DNA from: an uncultured Planctomycetales bacterium
Lineage (GTDB): Bacteria > Omnitrophota > Gorgyraeia > Zapsychrales > Fredricksoniimonadaceae
Length of the DNA: 64,000 nucleotides
Assembly: GCA_964583975.1 (NCBI GenBank)
Contig: CAZOXU010000003.1
Span: forward strand, 7,805 to 71,804
Reading direction: 5' to 3'
The first letter of the stretch is position 1; every line of letters begins with the position of its first letter. The notes beneath the pieces were generated by a model, which saw nothing but the letters and a program-made list of their open reading frames with translations, did no database searches and had not been told where the DNA came from. Below, piece by piece: positions 53,401-62,400 of the stretch. A program made the translations under genes and the position numbers.

Positions 53401-56400
53401 TACTTATGACCTGTTTTTTGTCTCTTACAGGAAGCTGCAATTCATTTAGTCTTTTATTAACAGCTTGGCGGCTAATTGATAACTTATTCATTAGATCTCT
53501 TTTTGTTGGCAATCTTTCTCCAACGCGTAACTCTTGATAGGCTGAAATAAAAACTGATTTACTGACTAGGTAACGTTTAAATAATCTCTTAAATACTAAT
53601 AAATTATGCCGTACATGTACTTCGATGGCCGCCTCTAAGGCTAATTCTCGACTTTTTGTCTTCTGGAATACTTTTTGGAAGGCACGGTTTGTGCGGGTAA
53701 CCAAATCACGTAGTTGTTTTTTATCTGCTGCGGTCAAATCTTCAACAACAAGATTTTTCGGATCGATTTTCTTGTCCTTATGCAACGTTACTAGCGCATC
53801 TGGTGGCGGCAAATCAGTAGATTGACGAATGAATCTCTCTTCCTCCCTGGCGGCTTGGAAAATAAAATCTCTCACAGTACCTGTTTTTATAGCTTTAAGT
53901 AATCGGGGCAAGAATTCAATATTCATACCCGCAACAGCTGACTCACTCTTTAAAATTTCTTTTCTCTTCGCAAGAAGCTCTTTAAGCAATTGAAGTCTAG
54001 CAAGTCTGTTTTTTGCAGCAATTCTACTAGCTAAATCTGCTTGCGCTTGCCTTGCCATCTGACGTTCATGTTCTTCTTGAAGCTTTTGTGCCTTCTGCAA
54101 TTGGCGTTCAATGCGTTTAGATTCTTTTTCAATGGCAGAATCCTTTCTGGACTTTCTTTCCTTAGAATGCTTCTGCTGTGCTCTAGCCATTCGTCTGGCT
54201 TCTTTTTCTTGTGCGTCTTGCATTTTTTGTTGTTCTTTTTCTTTGCGCTTGGCTTCTTTTTGTTGTGCCTTCAGTATTTCTTGCTGTTGTTTTGCTAACT
54301 GACGAGCTTGTTTTTCTTGGGCAAGTCGTTCATTGCGGGCAATTGAAATTACCGATTTTGTGTGCATTTGCGAAGGAATATTTTGGGTTAAATTGATCAA
54401 TAGCCTCTTACCCTCGACATCTTTAATCGGATTACCCTCTGCATCAGCAATGAAAATAGCCCAGGTTCCAACGCCATTAACAAAACGCACATCAACTATG
54501 GAATCAGGATAATCACCAACGATCACTTCTATTCCAGCGAATTTAAGTCTTCTTCCTGTTAACTTTCGGTTAGGATAAATAAAATCTTTTAGAGTTTCTC
54601 TTAGATTAGTTCTGCCAATATCCGCTACCATTTCAACCAGTTCCCCTAAAACAAATGAATCAGGGGTTGTTGCAGGCTTTGGAGCATAAACAGGGTTTAA
54701 CTCTATGGCTCTGCCTGTGCTCAATGATACGGTTGTTTTAAATAATAGGCGCTTAGGTGTGACTTTAAGAATATTTTTAACAAGCACCCGGCCATTATTT
54801 TCACCAAAAAAGGCGATCGATTCTTTGCCGCCAAAAGTCAAATACCCAGCCCCATTCAATTTCTGACCATAAAATTCCATGTGCTTGGTTACCAAATGGT
54901 ATTCCTCATCAACAACGTAATTAAGATAGCAGGAAACAAATTTAGCTTTCTTGTTATCCCAAACCAAAGCAAAGCGTTCATTTAAATCAGATGTTAATGA
55001 CCAAATTTTAATAACTAAGCCATCTCTAAAATAAATAAGGACACGTTGATTTCTATAAGCTTCCAGGCGTCCCCAAGACTTTTGTTCTTGACGATTGGGC
55101 ATTGAACCATCTACCAACATGCGACCGCCGCCAAAACGTAGATTACCAATAGGATCAAGCTGCGTCTCCAATACGACATCACCAAAGCTCAAGAGCTTCT
55201 CACGTTGCAAGCTTCCAGCATAGACATGCAGCACCTTACCTGAGTAAGCTTGCATGATCCTAAAGAACGGATAAACCTTACCGGTTTTGGTCATCTTAAT
55301 TCTAACGGGTAAACCTTCAGACATTTCAAGTTCATAATTCTCGTTGCCATGCGCTGTAAACTTCCCTAAATATTTTCCTACGATAAGCTTACCGCTGAGC
55401 GTCAAACGTCCAGTAATGATCACATGCCCAAGCGCTTTAAGTTGATGCTCGGTTGGATTAGACGGTAAATTTCCTAAAGCAATCTTCTTTAATGAATTCT
55501 TCGTAGGCGTAACCCAAGGAGAGTTCTTGTTATGTCGAAGGGCCATTGCCTTCTTGATATCTTCCTCAAGAGCTTGATATTGAGGCAGATTGCCCGATAG
55601 ATCCTCAACCTTTAGCTTCTTAGCTGCCATCCCCATCATGCCCTTACCTTCTCGCCAAACGTTTAAGTTATGTTTCAAATGCACGATAATAGCGGCCAAA
55701 TAACCCCCAACCCAGAAACCTTTCAATCGCCCTATTTTATATGCTTCTGTTGCACGAGCGGCTAAGTCTGTAAGTTGCGTTAAACATTCGTTTTGTTCTG
55801 TGGCAGATAATTCATCGACTTTAACCCAACCTCTCTCAAAAATAAGCACTTCAGAATCATGGCCCTGTATAAATTTCAAATCTCCATTAATTGTATGTGC
55901 GCGCAACTCCTCTACTACGGCCGCCATCATCCAAATAAGAATACCGAGATTGTATCGACCAACGCCAACTCTTGATGCTAAATTGTATAACCACTTCCAG
56001 CGTGACTGCAGACCAGCGACATGACGTGGGCCATAATGCATCTTTGTCTGTGTATTAAATCTCAACCCTGCAATACTCATTAAAAAGAACGTTATTGCCA
56101 TCAAAATTAGGGATAGCGCCCTATTATTAGACGTAAATGTCATTCCCGAATGCTTTTGTCGGTAATCTAGAACCTGAGTGACTGGATCCCCGATAGAAAC
56201 TTTCGGGGATGACAATAATAGGGCGCTGTCCCCTATTTTTTGAATTACTTTCCCAATCGGTTTAGGATTATGTGTCCGATAAAAATTACGCAAACGTTCT
56301 ACGGTCCACTGGTAAGGAGATTGGATGAGCTCTACATCGATATTGGTTTTGAGTAATTGCAATAAACCTGGTCCAACTATATCATTATCAAAAATCAATA

Positions 56401-59400
56401 ATACCTCTATATGTCCAGCAGCTCCTTCAACTTCTACTGCAAATCTTTTATAGCTCACTTGGGCTTGCTCATCTTGTGCGATCTTAAATTCCCTGGCGTC
56501 TTGAGGGTCATTAATTCCTTGCCTTAATAAAGCGTATCGCTGCTCTTTTCCTTCTTGATCCTTGATGACTAAATAAGGTCTAACGCCAATCGGCTTGATC
56601 TTTATGAAATCAAATAAGAATCCTTCCCAAACTCCTTCGGCATAAGCATAGAATTTCTGGTCAAAAATGGTCTTTAGAATTCCTTCCTCGGGCATATTCT
56701 TACACGTAATAACCACTAATACTTCGTGCCCCTTGTTATCACCAACACGATACATGCTTTGATTGTCTGCAGTCTCTACCATCTCCAATAAACCCCCACT
56801 ATTTTCGACAATGAACATGCCCACCTTGCTGAAATATTGGAAGTTTAATTCATCCATTAGTTGACGGAATCTTGGATATTTCTTAGCATCATCCCCCACC
56901 AAAATATCTATTAGTTCACCGAGCTTTTCAGCCAAATCAACAGAACTTTCCTTAGCTAAATCAATTAAATCATCACGCAATTTTTGGACTGTTGCCAAAT
57001 CTTCATTGACTTTACTTATTTGCTTGGAAAGTTCCTCTTGGGCAGCCAGCGATGCTTGCACGGCTTTTTCATAATCTTCTCCCGCATGGCCTTCGGCTGC
57101 CAGATGCTTGGCCTTATCTAATTTCTTATGTGCTTCTTTTTCTAATTCTTTAGCTTTGGTGAAACTTACTGAGGGGTTTTTAAACATTCGGAAATCTTTT
57201 ACCAACTTATCAACGAGTTTGACTACTTGAGCAGCTCGCTCATGGTAGGCAATGATGTCTTTGATTTCTGTGGAATCATAAGGAACCCGGCCAAAACTCA
57301 AACGGCGGGAAATGGCCTCAGGTGCTGAGCAAGCACTTAAGAAAAATGCAAAAAATAGGCTAATCAATGCCATCAGACTCCAAGGCATTGATCCAGATTG
57401 TGCTGATGCTTGGGCTTCTTTAACAGTATGGGCTTTTAATTTTTGCCACACCATGCTCGCACGAGTGAAGACCAGAGCAATTTTTAAATCTTGATAATAC
57501 GCTTCTAAGATTTCACGGATTTGTTCATCAGAATAATATCCATCTAAATATCGAATGGTTTCACTGAAATAGAGATGTTTTATAGCTGGTAGAAGCAAAG
57601 CTGAAGATGGGTCAATGCCTATGAGAAGAAGGTTTGCTTCCATCATCCGACGAGCTGATTTCGAACGCAAGGTCAAAAAATCACCTTCATCGCTTGTTGG
57701 GTTTTCTTTCGTGATACTCATAGCACTCTTCGCATCCTTAAGAAGCTCCGCTGCCGTGACCACATTATTATCAGAATGTTTGCGAATTCCCGTCATCGGC
57801 CAATCTCGCAGACCGTCTGCTTTTAAGAAAACACCAACATTAGCGATGATGGTTAAATGATGGGTTTTCTTTGCCAATGACTCAGCAGTCATAAAAAGAA
57901 TGTCCGCACGAGATGTATGCAAGGCATACTCACCATTAAAAATTCTCCTGTTTAATGGCATAATTCTTACTTTTAGGGTGTCTTGTAAATTAATCCCTTC
58001 AACAATGACTTCAATATCAAGATCTGCTGGAGATTGTTTAAACCCATAAACAAAACTTCCTACCAAAATAATACTAACGATACGGCCTTGGCGATTGGTA
58101 TGTTTATACAGCTCTTGGGTCAACATTTCTCTTAAAGCTTCTACATCAATCATTTCAACGCGTTTAACAAATTCAGCAATTTGTTGATTGTCCATTCTTC
58201 CATAAATCGTACGTTGTCTGATTTGCTCTGAATAAGAGGGCGACGGTCCAGCTTCTGCAAATTCTTCTAATAAGCGAACATATTCTAATTGGGTCAGTTT
58301 ACTAAAGGCCGGAGATTTAACCCATTTCATTAATGAACGAATTTCGTCACGGCGTTTCTTGTTAACGTTTTTATCATCAGATTTTACAAGTTGAACGTAA
58401 TAATCTTGCACCATAGGCACATAAGATTGGGCTCCTTCCCCTTGTGATGCTCCGGCGATGATAACCGCCCAGGCACGCCAATTATTCATTCGTAACCAAG
58501 CTATTAATTCTTTCTTGATTTGACCATTGATTGATTCATCTTCAACAAAGCTATAGCTTAAGCGGAAAAGGTCTTGCAACCTTGCATCGGTAGCTAAAAA
58601 TCCGAATCGACGGGCACGTTGCAATTTTTTAAGGAGTTTAGGAATCTCTTTAACTTTGAAAGCTTGTAGATTTTCAGGATATTTTGCTCCACCCAAGAAT
58701 AATCTTGTTTCAGATGATAAATGACGCCAATTATCAAGTAGTTGTTTGAGCTTGTGCACTATTCCAGTTATTTGGTAAATAGTAATTATGACAACCGTCA
58801 GTATCCCAATGTCAATTAATGCATAAAGGACACCTTTCATTCCTTCTGCCTTTTGCAAGATAAGGAAAAATGAACTTTCAAGTAGTGTGGCTGCTAGAAA
58901 CAATAGTACTGCTGGGACAGAAATCATGGCGCGAACCTTAGGTAAACTAAAATACGGTCGTTCTTCGCGAAGCAGAATGTCGATTTGCTCATCAGGATTA
59001 ACTAGTACTACCGTCACCTTATTTTTTGGTTCCAGATATAGCTGAAATAGGTTTGGAATATGTTCCCCTTTCACCTGAGCAACGGGAACATAATCACCTG
59101 TTGTCCCCTGATTACTTGGCACAGTAAAATCAATTCTTCGTCCTTCATGGGGAATGACAAATGGCGTCTCAGTATCAAATTTAATACCCTCACCTAAATC
59201 GCGATATTCCTGCATCACACATAATTGTCCTGCTTGATTAAAATAGACAATTACGTCATTTTTGTGGTTAATCAAACGAATTCTCAGGGTTTCTTTCCTA
59301 TTGAGATTAATGCGATAAATACTCGCTGGAAATTCCTGAACGCGCACCTGAAGGGCATCGAAAGTTAATGCAGCACTTGATTTTCTTCTAGGATGTCCTG

Positions 59401-62400
59401 GTTCATATGGAACTCGATAAGTAATAACACCTTCTTTATTAATGATTTCAGTAGGTATTTGGGAAGCTGCAAATCTAATCCATGTACCTCTTCGGGGAGA
59501 AAATTCTGTGACAGCCACATCTTGAGGATCAATGGACAAGCGTTGTTCTTCATAACGCATCGAGAGTTTTTGTTGATACCAATCTCCTAAGAAATTAATT
59601 AAATCACCTTCGTTACTGTAGACAGCTATCAAAACTTCAAAGACAATCATGCCAAGATTTAAGGCTGCCAAAAACTCTGCTAATCGAGGCGCAATAACAC
59701 CTTTCGATAGAACATCAATAATAATAGCAGCCAATATATTACCCATAAACCCGGCTAGGGCCCGTATGCCCTTAGTTTCCCACGGCATGCCGTAGAACAA
59801 CCCTTTTAAAATGCGCCCAACGCCATAATCACGTCTGCGTCCTTGATCGGGTCCGGCAATCAAGTGGCCAAGTTCGTGAGGAATAATAGCTGGGCTCAAA
59901 ACAATTCGTGCAATCCAATTCCCCCACCAACCACGACCTATATGCTCAAATAAACTGGCTGCTAGCGATGGTGTCGGTGCCAAAGAAGTATTAGAAGCAG
60001 CGGCAGACCGAGTTTCAGGTTTTTTTAGAATTTTCACCTCAAGTTGGGTTACTTCAAACTCATACCCATGTCTTTGCTGAATAATCCCTAGAGCCTTCTG
60101 TAATTGGGGATAATTACGAATTATAAGGAATTGATCTCGCAACATATTAAGTATGCTGCTTTTTAACGTTTCTACCGGCATTCTTTCTACGTACATCAAA
60201 AGAAGCTCAATATCATGTTCTTCTAATTCCAGTAGTGAACCTTCAACCTTCAAGCTGCCCTTATTCCTACGATAATCAATCCAATATTCAATATCAGGAA
60301 CTTCTGACGCTTCAAATAAGAGTGAAGCTGTACTGCTTATAGGTTCTTTAGCAACAACAGTGGTGCTTAGAAGAGAATCTGTTGCATGGGGCTTAATCTC
60401 AGGAACAAGGATTTTAGTTACATATTGTTTCATCTTCAGCCTAGTTTTTCTTTTGGGTATAACAATTGGCTTAGGCTGCTGCTTAGGCAGAACCACAGAT
60501 TCTTGACCTTTTAATCGCAAAACTAATCCCAGAACCTTGCTACGAACGCGTACAGCTTTAATTTTCATTCGTAATTTATCAGCGAGTTGACGGGCTGAAG
60601 GGGGAACTCCTTTGTTTTGTATCATCAAACGCTTATAGGCCATGCCAAAAGACTTTCGCGAAACTTCTTTTCTAGAAAGGCGTAATTTCAAGCCTAATAA
60701 ATTGGCTCTGCGACGAACCCTGACTTCAGTGATCTTAAGTTCTTCGCCCATGGCTTTAGGCGTAGGGTATCTATTCTTTTGGGACTTTAACCGTGTATAA
60801 ACCTCTTTATATTTCTCGTCAGAGACATGATTTCTAGCTGGACGAAGTCTTATTCCTAACGCTTTATAGCGTTGCATAAAGGATTCATATGATAGGACAA
60901 GCGCTCTGGCCATCTGTCGTCCGGTTGGAAGCTGTCCTTTGTGTGTTTTCTTAAATATCCTGTATGCACGTTTTATTTCCTTGTCTGAGACTGTCTTTTT
61001 TAAAGGTTTGAGTTTTAAATTCAATGCTCTGCTTTTCTTACCTACCCATTCTTGAGACATTGTAAGGATCTTCGCCAGCTGAATAGAAGTAGGCGCTCTG
61101 CCCTTATGTCGTCGTTTGAATTCACGGTAAGCAGCTCTGAAATCTTTTGCTTTAACTGGAGACCGTCTTTTTCCACCTAACTTTAATTTGAGTTCTTTGG
61201 CTTTGCGGGATGCTGCCTTGTGTGTCATGCCAACCGAATCAGCCAGTTGCTTTAAAGTGGGGATGCTCTTACCCTTCGACAATGCACGATAAGAGGTTAG
61301 AAATTCTTTCTTGGTAACTCTATGTTTGAAAGCTAAATAATTGTATTTGGCATGAACTTGAATAGCTGCTTCAAGGGCTTGTTGGCGATTATTGGTCTTT
61401 TGGAAAACTTTCTGGAAGGCACAATTGGTTCGCTGAACTATTTTAAGTAATTGTTTTCGATTAGTAAATGTCAGTGCTTGGATTTGCAACGACTTTGGAT
61501 TAATTTTGCGGCCTTGATGCAATTTAATCAACGCATCAGGGGGCGGCAGATTCGTTCTTCGACGAATAAACGTCTCTTCTGTCCTGGCTTCTTGAAGCAG
61601 AAACTCTCTTAATTTACCCGCTGCCATGGCTTCTTTCAGCTGAGGCAAACGTAAGGGATTTAAACCAAGCGCAACTGCTTGACTATCTCTATCTACATTA
61701 AACTGAATAATTTCTGCACCGCCAGTCTCATCTAGATCTTCAACATCATCATTCATTCGAGAAGCTCCACGCAAAACAGTGTCCAGCAATGAGGCATCTT
61801 GATTAGAATCTTCCTCTTCTTGACCTTTTAAAAAGTATTCTTTTAATTTTCGTAATGCTCGATCTTCAAGCTGCTGGATCCGTGATCGTCGAATTTCTGG
61901 ATAAAATCTCTCGCTGATTTGTTTAAAAGTTAATGGATGGGTTCTAAAATACCTTAAGAAAATAATATTAGCTTCCCTCTCACTTAAAATCTGAAAAAGC
62001 CTTCTCTTCCAGGCACTATTCAAGTCTTCTAAATCACTTCGCACAAAATCATCCTTACTTCGAGGGTCTGCCACACGATCTTCAAAGCCCCTATGATCGC
62101 CTTTATTATCCATCCAGCCTTTATCTGAAAATAATTTCACCCTTTGGCGTTCTTTACGAGACTTAGTAATGACTTCATTAAATTCCTTACGAATCCACCA
62201 TTCTGCATAGGCTGCAAAACCACTGTTTTTCTTTAACATCTCTAGGTCGCTAGCTTTTTGGGAGGCTCGAAACAGTCCTAGATTACCTGCTAGAATCAAT
62301 TCCATGCTCGAGATTCCAACACGATAAGCACTAGCAAAATATCCATATTTATTAGCGATATAAATGACATACGGAAGGTTGGCATTAACCAAACGAGTAA

